Origin: Thermithiobacillus tepidarius DSM 3134
Lineage (GTDB): Bacteria; Pseudomonadota; Gammaproteobacteria; Acidithiobacillales; Thermithiobacillaceae
DNA: 32,000 bases
Strand: one strand, 5' to 3'
NCBI RefSeq assembly: GCF_048300925.1
Contig: NZ_CP133759.1
The position numbers and the translations under genes were made by a program. The notes under the pieces are model-generated. The model did no database searches, had not been told where the DNA came from, and saw only the letters and a list, made by a program, of their open reading frames with translations. This document shows positions 18,794-27,879 of the stretch, one piece after another. Within the stretch, counting starts at the first letter, position 1, and each line of letters starts with the position of its first letter.

Positions 18794-18934
18794 AGCCTAA
18801 GCTGCCGGCCCGCTAGGCTTGGCATGGCGACGCAGCCGCCCGGAACACCCGCTCTCTGGGGGAGAGGGCAGGGTGAGGGGACGGTAGTGCGAAGGCCCGG
18901 CCATCGCCCCTGGACCGCGCTGCCGCCGCCAGCC

Positions 18935-19001
18935 GTAGGAGCGGGCTGGCCCGCGATCAGCATAGCGACCGCCGCCGAGTCACGGGCCAGTCCGCTCCTA
19001 C
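18935..19001. repeat. Inverted pair of REP-like elements (copy 3)
   Basis: GTAGGAGCGGGCTGGCCCGCGATC (18935-18958) and TCACGGGCCAGTCCGCTCCTAC (18980-19001). Confidence 0.85.
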
Positions 19002-19161
19002 CCTCCCGTGAACCCGCGCGGCCCAGTTTGCTGCCGTGGCAACGATGGCACGGCGCCCGCGCGCCGCATGCTCTTCTGCCAGGAACGGGCGGGATGGGGA
19101 CGATTTGGATTCGGCGGTCCCTGTTCCTTAATCATCTGCTCCGCGTGCGGGAGGTCACTGC

Positions 19162-19794
19162 ATGTACATCCCCTCTGCTTTCAAGGAAAGCTCGCTGCCG
19201 CGCTTGCAGGCGTTCGTGCAGGACCATCCTTTCGCCGCCCTGGTGACTTGCCCGTCCGAGCGCTCCGGAGCGGGGCCCTTTGCGAGTCATGTGCCGCTGC
19301 TGCTGAATGCCGATCGGGGAGCGCAGGGCGTGCTGCGCGGGCATGTGGCGCGGGCCAATCCGCAGTGGCGGCACTTCGCGCCAGCGCGGGAGGTGCTGGC
19401 GATTTTCCATGGGCCGCATGCCGCCGTGTCTTCCGCCTGGTACGAGGAACCGGCTGCGGCTGTGCCGACCTGGAATTACGCGGCGGTGCATGTCTATGGC
19501 CGGGTCCGGCTGATCGCGGACACGGAGGAGGCACTTGTCCTGCTGCGGGACATGACGGCGCGCTTCCAGCCCGAAGGCGGCCATGTGCCGCTGCAGCCCC
19601 CTGCGGCGCGCACGCAGCAGCTGCTGTCCGCCATCGTGGCTTTCGAGATCGACATTACCCGCTGGGAAGGCAAGTTCAAATTGGGCCAGAACCGTTCCGC
19701 GGCGGACCGCCGGCGCATTCGGGAGGCGTTGCGGGAGCGGGGTGGGCATGATGATCTGGCGCTGGCGGAGATGATGCAGACGTTGGATAATTAG
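19162..19794 (+). CDS. FMN-binding negative transcriptional regulator, PaiB family
   Basis: 'MYIPSAFKESSLPRLQAFVQDHPFAALVT', 'SHVPLLL', 'VLAIFHGPHAAVSSAWY'. Confidence 0.88.
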   Translation: MYIPSAFKESSLPRLQAFVQDHPFAALVTCPSERSGAGPFASHVPLLLNADRGAQGVLRGHVARANPQWRHFAPAREVLAIFHGPHAAVSSAWYEEPAAAVPTWNYAAVHVYGRVRLIADTEEALVLLRDMTARFQPEGGHVPLQPPAARTQQLLSAIVAFEIDITRWEGKFKLGQNRSAADRRRIREALRERGGHDDLALAEMMQTLDN

Positions 19795-19928
19795 CGTTTT
19801 GCCACGTCTGTTTCGCAAATGCGAGGTTGCGCTTGCGAAGACGGTTGCGCCGAGCTGCGCTGCCGGCACGCGCTCTCGTCCCAGGCGGCGCACCTCTCGA
19901 TATCCACCGGGTTTGAAAAGGTCGAACC

Positions 19929-22900
19929 ATGCTCCAAATTCGCGGCTCCGCTGCCCTGTCTCCCTTCCGTCTGGACAAGCTGATGTCCGCCCTGCGGGAA
20001 AAAACTCCGCACATCCGCCATGTTTACGCCGAATTCGTCCACTTTGCTGAGTTGGGCGGTGATCTGGGCGCGGATGAGCACATTGTGCTGGAGCGTCTGT
20101 TGACCTACGGCCCCAGGCTGGCGGAGGAGGAGCCCGTCGGGCAATTGTTGCTGGTGCTGCCGCGCTTCGGCACCATCTCGCCCTGGTCCAGCAAGGCCAC
20201 CGACATCGCCCGGCATTGCGGTCTCGAAAAAATCAGGCGCCTGGAGCGGGGCGTGGCCTTCTATGTGCGCAAGGCGGACGAGAGCGCCCTGACGTCCGCC
20301 GAGCGGGCGGCGCTGCTGCCCCTGATCCACGATCGCATGACCGAGATGGTGGTGGACGATCTGGCCGATGCCGAGGGCCTGTTCCGGCACGCCGAGCCGG
20401 CGCCCCTGCAGACCGTGGATGTCCTGAACGGCGGCCGGGCGGCGCTGGCGCAGGCCAATCTGGCCTGGGGCCTGGCCTTGAGCCCGGACGAGATGGATTA
20501 TCTGGTGGAGAATTTCACCCGCATGGGGCGCAACCCCACGGACGTGGAGCTCATGATGTTCGCCCAGGCCAATTCGGAGCATTGCCGCCACAAGATCTTC
20601 AATGCCGAATGGGTCATCGACGGCGAGCGGCAGGAACTGTCCCTTTTCGCCATGATCCGCAATACCCACCGGCAGCATCCCGCGGGCACCCTGTCCGCCT
20701 ACAAGGACAACGCGGCGGTGATCGAGGGCTTCGCCGTCGAGCGCTTCTTCCCCGACCCCGAAACCCAGGGCTATGCTTACCATGCCGAGGATACCCACAT
20801 CCTCATGAAGGTGGAGACCCACAATCACCCCACCGCCATCTCGCCTTTCCCGGGGGCGGCGACCGGGGCCGGCGGCGAGATCCGCGACGAGGGCGCCACC
20901 GGCCGCGGCGCCAAGCCCAAGGCGGGGCTCAGCGGCTTTTCCGTGTCCAACCTGCGCATTCCCGGTGCCGAGCAGCCCTGGGAACAGCCGGCCTACGGCA
21001 AGCCGGAACGCATCGCTTCGGCGCTGGACATCATGCTGGAAGGCCCCATCGGCGCGGCGGCCTTCAACAACGAGTTCGGGCGTCCCAGCATCTGCGGCTA
21101 CTTCCGCACCTTCGAGCAGGCGGTGGCCGGCGAAGTGCGCGGCTATCACAAGCCCATCATGCTGGCCGGCGGCCTGGGCAACATCCGCCCCCAGCACGTG
21201 CAAAAGCGGGAGATCCCGGCGGGCGCCTATCTCGTCGTGCTGGGCGGGCCGGCCATGCTGATCGGCCTGGGCGGCGGCGCTGCCTCCAGCGTGGCCACCG
21301 GCGAGGGCCAGGAGGAGCTGGATTTCGCCTCGGTGCAGCGCGGCAACCCGGAGATGCAGCGCCGCGCCCAAGAGGTGATCGACCGGTGCTGGCAGTTGGG
21401 TGAGGCCAATCCCATCGTGTCCATCCACGATGTGGGGGCGGGCGGCCTGTCCAATGCCCTGCCGGAACTGGTGAACGATGCCGGCCGCGGCGGACGCTTT
21501 CAGCTGCGCAGCGTGCCCAACGAGGATCTGGGCATGTCGCCCATGCAGATCTGGTCCAACGAAGCCCAGGAGCGCTACGTGCTGGCCGTCGGCCAGGAGC
21601 ATTTCGAACGCTTCCGGGCCCTGTGCGAGCGCGAGCGTTGCCTTTATGCGGTGGTGGGCGAAGCCACCGCCGAGCAGCGCCTGGTGCTCGAAGACAGCTA
21701 CTTCCGCAACACCCCCATCGACATGGAGCTGAGCGTGCTGCTGGGCAAGCCGCCGCGCATGACCCGGGTCGTGCAGCGTTTGCCGCGCCCGGCGGTGCCC
21801 CTCGACAGCACCGGCATCGAGCTGCGGGAGGCGGCCTACCGGGTGCTGCGCCTGCCGACCGTGGCGGACAAGCGCTTTCTGATCACCATCGGCGACCGCA
21901 GCGTCGGCGGGCTGGTCTGCCGCGACCAGATGGTCGGCCCCTGGCAGGTGCCGGTGGCCGACGTGGGCGTCACCGCCATGAGCTTTACGGGCTATCGAGG
22001 CGAGGCCATGAGCATGGGCGAGCGCACGCCGATGGCACTGCTCGATCCGGCCGCCAGCGGCCGCATGGCCATCGGCGAGGCGCTGACCAACCTGGCGGCG
22101 GCCCGCGTCGAGCGCCTGGAAGACGTGAAGCTGTCTGCCAACTGGATGGCGCCGGCCGGCCACCCGGGCGAGGACGCCGGCCTCTATGACACGGTCCGGG
22201 CCGTGGGCATGGAGCTGTGTCCGGCGCTCGGCATCGCCATCCCGGTGGGCAAGGATTCCATGTCCATGAAGACGGTCTGGCGCGAGGGCGGGGAGGACAA
22301 GGCGGTCACCGCGCCCCTGTCCCTGATCGTGTCCGCCTTTGCCCGGGTGCCGGACGTGCGCAGGACCCTGACGCCGCAGCTACGCGCCGATCCGCAGACG
22401 GATCTCTTCCTCGTCGACCTCGGCGCCGGCCGCAACCGGCTAGGCGGCTCGGCGTTGGCCCAGGTCTACAAGCAGCTGGGCGACACACCGCCCGATCTCG
22501 ACGATCCGCAGCTCTTCAGAGGCTTTTTCGCCGCCGTGCAGCAGTTGAACGAGGCCGGCTTGGTGCTGGCCTACCACGACCGCTCCGACGGCGGCCTCTT
22601 CGCCACCCTCTGCGAAATGGCCTTCGCCGGGCACTCGGGCCTCGACGTGCAGCTCGACGGCCTGGGCGACGAGCCGCTGGCCGTGCTCTTCAGCGAAGAG
22701 CTCGGCGCCGTGCTGCAGACCCCTCGCGCGGCACGGGAACGGGTGCTGGCCGTGCTCGGTCAGCACGGATTGGCAGCCGTCAGCCACTGCATCGGCGCAC
22801 CCGCGAGCGACGACCGCATCGTTTTTCGCATGGGCGGGCGCGAGGTGCTGGCGGACAGCCGCATCGATCTCCAGCGCGCCTGGTCGGAGACCAGCTACCG

Positions 22901-23816
22901 CATGCAGTCCCTGCGCGACAACCCCAAGTGCGCCCAGGAGGAGTACGATGCCCTGCTGGACGCCGAGGATCCCGGCCTGCATGCTCATCTGAGCTTCGAT
23001 CCCGACGAGGACGTGGCCGCGCCCTATCTCAACCTGGGCACCCGGCCGCGGGTGGCCGTCCTGCGCGAACAGGGCGTCAACGGCCAAGTGGAGATGGCGG
23101 CGGCCTTCGAGCGCGCCGGCTTCGCCGCCGTGGACGTGCACATGAGCGACATCATCGCCGGGCGGGTCAGTCTGCAGGATTTCCGCGGCTTCGTCGCCTG
23201 CGGCGGCTTTTCCTACGGCGACGTGCTGGGCGCCGGCGAGGGCTGGGCCAAGTCCATCCTCTTCAATGCTCGCGCCCGCGACGAGTTCGAAGCCTTCTTC
23301 CAGCGCAGCGACAGCTTTGCCCTCGGTATCTGCAATGGTTGCCAGATGATGTCGAACCTGCACGAGATCATCCCCGGCGCCGAGCTGTGGCCGCACTTCG
23401 TGCGCAACGAATCGGAGCAGTTCGAGGCCCGGCTGGCGCTGGTGGAGGTGCCGGAAAACCCGTCCATTTTCTTCCGAGGCATGGCCGACTCGCGCATGCC
23501 CATTGCCGTGGCCCACGGCGAAGGCCGGGCCGAATTCCGCGATCCGGCGCAACTGGACCAGGCGCTGGCGTCCGGGATCGTGGCCATGCGCTGGGTGGAT
23601 CACCGCGGCCAGCCGACCCAACGCTATCCTTTCAACCCCAATGGCTCGCCCAGCGGCATTGCCGGGCTGACCACGCCCGATGGACGCTTCACCGTTGCCA
23701 TGCCGCATCCGGAGCGCGTGTTCCGGGCGATACAGCACTCATGGCGGCCGGACGATTGGAGCGAGGATGGCCCGTGGATGCGGATGTTCAGGAATGCGCG
23801 CGTGTGGACCCAGTGA
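19929..23816 (+). CDS. purL: Phosphoribosylformylglycinamidine synthase (full-length single-chain FGAR amidotransferase)
   Basis: 1295 aa; '[12 protein letters not shown]', '[34 protein letters not shown]', C-terminal GATase '[11 protein letters not shown]', 'MPHPERVFR'. Confidence 0.97.
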   Translation: MLQIRGSAALSPFRLDKLMSALREKTPHIRHVYAEFVHFAELGGDLGADEHIVLERLLTYGPRLAEEEPVGQLLLVLPRFGTISPWSSKATDIARHCGLEKIRRLERGVAFYVRKADESALTSAERAALLPLIHDRMTEMVVDDLADAEGLFRHAEPAPLQTVDVLNGGRAALAQANLAWGLALSPDEMDYLVENFTRMGRNPTDVELMMFAQANSEHCRHKIFNAEWVIDGERQELSLFAMIRNTHRQHPAGTLSAYKDNAAVIEGFAVERFFPDPETQGYAYHAEDTHILMKVETHNHPTAISPFPGAATGAGGEIRDEGATGRGAKPKAGLSGFSVSNLRIPGAEQPWEQPAYGKPERIASALDIMLEGPIGAAAFNNEFGRPSICGYFRTFEQAVAGEVRGYHKPIMLAGGLGNIRPQHVQKREIPAGAYLVVLGGPAMLIGLGGGAASSVATGEGQEELDFASVQRGNPEMQRRAQEVIDRCWQLGEANPIVSIHDVGAGGLSNALPELVNDAGRGGRFQLRSVPNEDLGMSPMQIWSNEAQERYVLAVGQEHFERFRALCERERCLYAVVGEATAEQRLVLEDSYFRNTPIDMELSVLLGKPPRMTRVVQRLPRPAVPLDSTGIELREAAYRVLRLPTVADKRFLITIGDRSVGGLVCRDQMVGPWQVPVADVGVTAMSFTGYRGEAMSMGERTPMALLDPAASGRMAIGEALTNLAAARVERLEDVKLSANWMAPAGHPGEDAGLYDTVRAVGMELCPALGIAIPVGKDSMSMKTVWREGGEDKAVTAPLSLIVSAFARVPDVRRTLTPQLRADPQTDLFLVDLGAGRNRLGGSALAQVYKQLGDTPPDLDDPQLFRGFFAAVQQLNEAGLVLAYHDRSDGGLFATLCEMAFAGHSGLDVQLDGLGDEPLAVLFSEELGAVLQTPRAARERVLAVLGQHGLAAVSHCIGAPASDDRIVFRMGGREVLADSRIDLQRAWSETSYRMQSLRDNPKCAQEEYDALLDAEDPGLHAHLSFDPDEDVAAPYLNLGTRPRVAVLREQGVNGQVEMAAAFERAGFAAVDVHMSDIIAGRVSLQDFRGFVACGGFSYGDVLGAGEGWAKSILFNARARDEFEAFFQRSDSFALGICNGCQMMSNLHEIIPGAELWPHFVRNESEQFEARLALVEVPENPSIFFRGMADSRMPIAVAHGEGRAEFRDPAQLDQALASGIVAMRWVDHRGQPTQRYPFNPNGSPSGIAGLTTPDGRFTVAMPHPERVFRAIQHSWRPDDWSEDGPWMRMFRNARVWTQ

Positions 23817-23964
23817 GGAGCCGATGAGCAGAAAAGCCACTCCGATGAAGCGCGTACGCCTTTGGTAAGTTGCCTGCGCCGGCCGATGCCAGCAAACTCG
23901 GTAAATGAGCGGTGTTTTACAGAAAACCGTCTTTACTTACATGCAAGGGCAAAAGGAGCGCGTA

Positions 23965-24039
23965 ATGTACAACATTCTGTATATCATCGGCGCCATCGTG
24001 GTCATCGTGGTGGTTTTGCGGGTATTGGGTTTGATGTAG
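23965..24039 (+). CDS. Very small single-TM membrane protein (24 aa), not in the ORF track
   Basis: ATG at 23965 after RBS 'AAAGGAGCGCGTA'; translates to MYNILYIIGAIVVIVVVLRVLGLM then TAG. Confidence 0.55.
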   Translation: MYNILYIIGAIVVIVVVLRVLGLM

Positions 24040-24244
24040 CGCGACAGGACGCTGACGATCCCTATGGGGCCTTTCTTGCGGCACGGGTGTCGCTGACTGC
24101 GCCGTGGCGCACCCGCAAGCAGGGGGAATATGGGTTGTTGGAGGGTGCCCGAGAAGCGGCGGGCCATGGTGGAACCTGCTTGGTAATCGCAACAGGAAAA
24201 TACAGGCTTTGGGCGGTTTTTCGAACCCGGCGCCAAATGCAACA

Positions 24245-24274
24245 AAGCCCGTCCCGCATCGGCGGGACGGGCTT
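24245..24274 (-). terminator. Rho-independent terminator of the cold-shock gene
   Basis: AAGCCCGTCCCGC-ATCG-GCGGGACGGGCTT, perfect 13-bp stem; on the minus strand it is followed by TTGTTGCATTT. Located 11 nt past the csp stop. Confidence 0.85.
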
Positions 24275-24285
24275 GAATCAGTATT

Positions 24286-24489
24286 TTAACGAGGAATCAC
24301 TCGGCTGGTCTGCAGACCCTTCGGACCCCGCGTTACTTCGAATTCGACTCTCTGGCCTTCGGAGAGGGTTTTGAAGCCGTTGATCTCAATGGAGGAAAAA
24401 TGGGTGAAGACGTCCTCGCCGCCATCGGTGGGGGTGATGAAGCCATAGCCCTTCGCATCGTTGAACCACTTCACGGTACCGGTTTGCAT
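24286..24489 (-). CDS. Cold-shock protein, CspA family
   Basis: '[32 protein letters not shown]' (RNP1-type KGYGFI and DVFTHF), 67 aa. Confidence 0.96.
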   Translation of the reverse strand: MQTGTVKWFNDAKGYGFITPTDGGEDVFTHFSSIEINGFKTLSEGQRVEFEVTRGPKGLQTSRVIPR

Positions 24490-24715
24490 GTGTCGTCCTC
24501 TTGCTCGTTTGAATGTTGCAATAAAGCCTGTAAACAGTGCTGATTAGAAGGATGCTGTACCCCCGGCGAATGACGGTTTCCAGCCGACCCGAAATCTATC
24601 CTCCCGCAGCTTGTTGCCCGAAGCATGTTCGGTAATATGTTTTTAGCCTTTAAAGGTGGTTCCAGCAATAAGCCTTTAGTTCTACGAAATAATCGCCTGT
24701 CTGTGGAGATGCGCC

Positions 24716-25105
24716 ATGGAGCATGAAGAATCGCTGGAAGCGCTGTTTCTCGATGAAGCCGAGGAGGCGGTGGCTGCGTTGCCGGATTGGGTGCAGGCGC
24801 AAATGAGCAATGTCGCCTTTTTCGTGGAGGCCTATCCGAGCGCCGAAGTCCAGGCCAGCCTGGGCGTGGAGGATCCTTACGATCTGCTTGGCCTTTACAC
24901 CGGCACGCCCTTGCCCGATCGGGGCGGGCAATACGGTTACGGGAATCTGCCCGACGCCATTTACCTGTATCGTGAGCCCATCCTGGCTTATTGCGAGGAG
25001 ACCGGGGAGGATCTGCGGCATTGCGTCCGCCACGTGGTGGTGCATGAGGTCGGCCACTACTTGGGCCTGTCCGACGCGGAGATGGAGGCGATAGAAAAAA
25101 GTTAG
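24716..25105 (+). CDS. Zincin-like metallopeptidase family protein (DUF1025-type)
   Basis: 'HVVVHEVGHYLGLSD' (HExxHxxxxxD); 'IYLYREPIL'; ~130 aa. Confidence 0.82.
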   Translation: MEHEESLEALFLDEAEEAVAALPDWVQAQMSNVAFFVEAYPSAEVQASLGVEDPYDLLGLYTGTPLPDRGGQYGYGNLPDAIYLYREPILAYCEETGEDLRHCVRHVVVHEVGHYLGLSDAEMEAIEKS

Positions 25106-25121
25106 CCCGCCATGGGCGGGC
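25094..25121 (-). terminator. Rho-independent terminator for the 25150..25449 gene, overlapping the 3' end of the convergent metallopeptidase gene
   Basis: On the minus strand: GCCCGCC-CAT-GGCGGGC then TAACTTTTTT. Stem arms 25105-25111 and 25115-25121; T run is complement of 25095-25100. Confidence 0.8.
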
Positions 25122-25149
25122 CAACACTTCAATGAAACGGGTGCTGCCT

Positions 25150-25449
25150 TTAGCGCTTGGCCTGAGCCCGTTTGGTTTCGGTTTGTCCTTGCTGATAGGC
25201 CAGTTCCGCCTGGATCTTGGCCTCCTTCGCCAGCTGTTCGGCCTTGTCGAATTCGTTCTTCTTGTAGGCGTCCTGGGCGTCCTTCATCAGTTTCTCCGTG
25301 GTGGTCCACAGATAATGGATGGAGTCGGCCTGGGCCACGGCTGCCTGGGCCTCCTTCAGCGCCTGGTCAGCACTGGCCTGGTCTGCCAACGCGGGCAGGG
25401 AGGCGAAGAGCGCCGCGCCCGCGGCAACGGCGGTCAAAAGCTTTTTCAT
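25150..25449 (-). CDS. Small periplasmic SoxXA-binding-protein-like (SoxK/SAXB-like) helical protein
   Basis: 'MKKLLTAVAAGAALFASLPALADQ' signal peptide; 'WTTTEKLMKDAQDAYKKNEFDKAEQLAKEAKIQAELAYQQ' resembles the SoxXA-binding pattern. ATG 25449 has SD AGGAGATG; the track ORF runs upstream to 25530. Confidence 0.6.
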   Translation of the reverse strand: MKKLLTAVAAGAALFASLPALADQASADQALKEAQAAVAQADSIHYLWTTTEKLMKDAQDAYKKNEFDKAEQLAKEAKIQAELAYQQGQTETKRAQAKR

Positions 25450-25641
25450 GCACATCTCCTTCAGTCCGGATGGTTTCAAGCGCTTTCCTCGTGCGCTTTT
25501 AAGCATAGATCCTGTGCCGGCTTTTGCCAAGCGAGGCTGACTCTGCGGCAGCGGATGCTGCGATTTTCCCGCAGGGGAGTTATGCTATATTAAAGATAAG
25601 ATCAAGCTGACCGGTAAGACGGGTCACGACAGGATGCTAAA

Positions 25642-26148
25642 ATGATTGACGCAGACGGCTACCGTCCCAATGTGGGGATGATAATTTGCAATGACAAGGA
25701 CGAAGTGCTGTGGGCGCGCCGCATCGGAGAGCGCTCCTGGCAGTTTCCGCAGGGCGGCATGCACCCCCACGAGAGCCCGGAAGAAGCCATGTTTCGGGAG
25801 CTGAAGGAGGAGGTGGGTACCGACAAGGTCGAAATTCTGGGGCGTACCCGCAACTGGCTGCGCTACGAGCTCCCCTACAGCCGTCACCGTGCCCGCTCGC
25901 GCACCCGCTACCGCGGCCAGAAGCAAATCTGGTTCCTGTTGCGCTTTGCCGGTGATGAAGAGGAGATCAACCTGGCCACCGCCCGGCCTGAATTCGACGA
26001 GTGGCGCTGGGTGGACTACTGGTCGCCCATCGACGAGATCATCGAGTTCAAGCGCCAAGTCTATCAGCAGGCCCTATGCGAACTGGCGCCCTTGCTGGGC
26101 AAGGCGGTGCCGTCGGGGCGCTGGGCAGTGCGTAGCGGGAGCGTGTAG
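25642..26148 (+). CDS. rppH: RNA pyrophosphohydrolase (Nudix)
   Basis: 'MIDADGYRPNVGMIICN', 'SWQFPQGGMHPHESPEEAMFRELKEEVG' Nudix box. Confidence 0.95.
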   Translation: MIDADGYRPNVGMIICNDKDEVLWARRIGERSWQFPQGGMHPHESPEEAMFRELKEEVGTDKVEILGRTRNWLRYELPYSRHRARSRTRYRGQKQIWFLLRFAGDEEEINLATARPEFDEWRWVDYWSPIDEIIEFKRQVYQQALCELAPLLGKAVPSGRWAVRSGSV

Positions 26149-26212
26149 GGGAAACGCGGAGATGTTGCCGCGGAGCGCTTCAAGCGCTCTGGCGGGGACT
26201 GCGGAGGTGCAG

Positions 26213-26250
26213 GCGCCCTCCTGGCCGGAGCCGGGAGGGCGCTCTCGTTT
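26213..26250 (+). terminator. Probable terminator downstream of rppH
   Basis: GCGCCCTCC (26213-26221) and GGAGGGCGC (26234-26242) 9-bp stem, followed by TCTCGTTT. Confidence 0.55.
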
Positions 26251-26255
26251 CGGCC

Positions 26256-26375
26256 TTACTTTTTCATGGACTTGATGGCGAAATAGGCCGACATGACCCC
26301 GACCATGCCCACCGCGAAAGCAACGGTGAAGACCGACAGCACTCCAGTGCTCGTGCTAAACAGGACATCCAGCAT
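26256..26375 (-). CDS. Small membrane protein (39 aa), DUF3149-like, not in the ORF track
   Basis: Manual translation: MLDVLFSTSTGVLSVFTVAFAVGMVGVMSAYFAIKSMKK*; upstream AAGGAGGC acts as SD. Confidence 0.6.
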   Translation of the reverse strand: MLDVLFSTSTGVLSVFTVAFAVGMVGVMSAYFAIKSMKK

Positions 26376-26425
26376 TGTAGCCTCCTTGGGTGTTTGTGGC
26401 GGTTCCATGATACTGCCAAGATAAA

Positions 26426-26454
26426 AAAATATAAAGGTATTTTTATTTTGTAAA
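26426..26454 (-). promoter_or_regulatory. Candidate sigma-70-like promoter for the 26256..26375 ORF
   Basis: Minus strand TTTACA (26454-26449), 17 nt, TATTTT (26431-26426), in a very AT-rich island. Confidence 0.35.
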
Positions 26455-26551
26455 GAGGCGTGCCGATGCCGGGGGCGTGCAACGCACCCGAAGCGGGGAG
26501 GCTAGGCGGCAACCCTCCGTCCGTGCGTCGGGAGAGCGGCCGGAATGTTGC

Positions 26552-26668
26552 CTATTTGCCTGAAGCCTTGAGGAACAGGAAAACGGCCAAAGAGATCAGT
26601 ACGACAATGATGCCGACGAAAGCTGCCAGACTCATGATGCCCAGATCGGTATCGAGAAAGTTCAGCAT
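26552..26668 (-). CDS. Small membrane protein (38 aa), DUF3149-like, not in the ORF track
   Basis: Manual translation: MLNFLDTDLGIMSLAAFVGIIVVLISLAVFLFLKASGK*; upstream AAGGAGAC acts as SD. Confidence 0.6.
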   Translation of the reverse strand: MLNFLDTDLGIMSLAAFVGIIVVLISLAVFLFLKASGK

Positions 26669-26738
26669 GTGTGTCTCCTTGTCTTTTACCCCACTCTGAT
26701 TTTAAATCGAATCTCCCGCAAATGAGAATGGCCTGCCT

Positions 26739-27356
26739 ATGCAAGAACTCCTGAGCTTTTTCGATCGCAGCGTATACTGGGTGGAAGGCGGCAACGAGCG
26801 TCCGGCCGTGTACTACATCCATGACCGTGAGGCAGGCGGCATCCTGGTGAATGCCCCGCGCTTCTCCCCGGAACGGCTGGCGCAGCTGCGCGCCATCGTG
26901 GAGCCGGCCTATCTTTTTCTGCCCAGCCGCCTGGGCGCGCAGGATCTCGGCGCCTGGCAGGCGGCTGGCGTGAAGCTGGTGGCCTACGGCCATGAGGGGC
27001 GGGGGCTGGAGGTGCCCATGGATGTCGAGTTGGACAACAAGACCCGCTTCACCCGCACCATGGACTTCCTGCCCATGTCGGGGCGCACGGCCGGCGCCTG
27101 CGCCTTGCGCTTCAAGAACAAGCCGGGCGCCATCTTCTTCGGACCGATTCTGGAGCCGGGCGCGGACGGCTGGCCGACGCTGGTGTTCCACCCGGATGAT
27201 CACTCCGCCGAGTCCCGGCTCTTCGGTGTGCTGGGCTTGCAGGACCTGCATTACGAGTACGCCTTCACCGATCGCTTCGAGCCGGGCGTGACCCGCTACG
27301 GTCCCGGCGCCGACGCAGCCATCCAGGCCGCCATCAATCGGGTCCTGGAGAGCTGA
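26739..27356 (+). CDS. Hypothetical protein, possible MBL-fold relative lacking the HxHxDH metal motif
   Basis: 205-aa ORF 'VYWVEGGNERPAVYYIHDREAGGILVNAPRFSPERLAQL'; coherent coding over its full length, assignment weak. Confidence 0.6.
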   Translation: MQELLSFFDRSVYWVEGGNERPAVYYIHDREAGGILVNAPRFSPERLAQLRAIVEPAYLFLPSRLGAQDLGAWQAAGVKLVAYGHEGRGLEVPMDVELDNKTRFTRTMDFLPMSGRTAGACALRFKNKPGAIFFGPILEPGADGWPTLVFHPDDHSAESRLFGVLGLQDLHYEYAFTDRFEPGVTRYGPGADAAIQAAINRVLES

Positions 27357-27368
27357 CGGGGTGGTGCG

Positions 27369-27824
27369 CTAGCCGTTGCCGGTATTCGCCCGCTCGCTTC
27401 TGCTTTCCGGGCGCGGCGGGTAGCGGATGGCCAGGGTACGGGCGCCCACCAGCACGGCCAGGAGCCCGGCGATGGCCAGCAGGTCGGGCCAGGCGAGGCT
27501 GTGGCCGTACAAGCCGATGAGGAGTTCGCGCATGATGAAGACGATGGTGACGTCGGCCAGCACGTGCAGGCGGATGCGATGGAACTCCACGTAGTCGGTG
27601 AAGGTGCGGAACAGCTCGATGAGGACGAAGACGCCGAGCACATTGATGACCAGCTGGGTAACGCCCTTGCCGGCGCTGTCGACCACCGGAAAGATCAGCA
27701 TGAGGTCCATGACCAGCTTGTAGAAGCTGATGGCCAGGGTCACCAGCATGACCAGGATCAGGCCGATGACGAGGATGTCCAGAAGCTGCGCGTAAAGGCG
27801 CATGGTGCGGTTTTTCAGATCCAC
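27369..27824 (-). CDS. psiE: Phosphate-starvation-inducible PsiE-like membrane protein
   Basis: 'FYKLVMDLMLIFP...LIELFRTFTDYVEFHRIRLHVLADVTIVFIMRELLIGLYG'. GTG start at 27824 preferred: SD GGGAGG sits 7 nt upstream. Confidence 0.75.
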   Translation of the reverse strand: MDLKNRTMRLYAQLLDILVIGLILVMLVTLAISFYKLVMDLMLIFPVVDSAGKGVTQLVINVLGVFVLIELFRTFTDYVEFHRIRLHVLADVTIVFIMRELLIGLYGHSLAWPDLLAIAGLLAVLVGARTLAIRYPPRPESRSERANTGNG

Positions 27825-27842
27825 TTTCGTTCCTCCCAAAAG

Positions 27843-27867
27843 CAAAGGGCCCGCGAAAGGCCCTTTG
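27843..27867 (-). terminator. Terminator-like hairpin after the E2-E3 gene, before psiE
   Basis: CAAAGGGCC-CGCGAAA-GGCCCTTTG 9-bp stem, followed on the minus strand by CTTTTGG. Confidence 0.55.
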
Positions 27868-27879
27868 GGTTGAGCGCTC

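Noticed and set aside
19791-22163. 790-aa minus-strand ORF over purL
   Set aside because: Antisense artefact of GC-rich coding; purL on the plus strand has full family motifs.
22440-23738. 432-aa minus-strand ORF over the purL 3' half
   Set aside because: Antisense shadow ORF with no plausible product.
26173-26189. GAGCGCTTCAAGCGCTC palindrome downstream of rppH as a terminator
   Set aside because: No U tract follows; the next hairpin (26213-26242) with TCTCGTTT is a better candidate, so only that was called.
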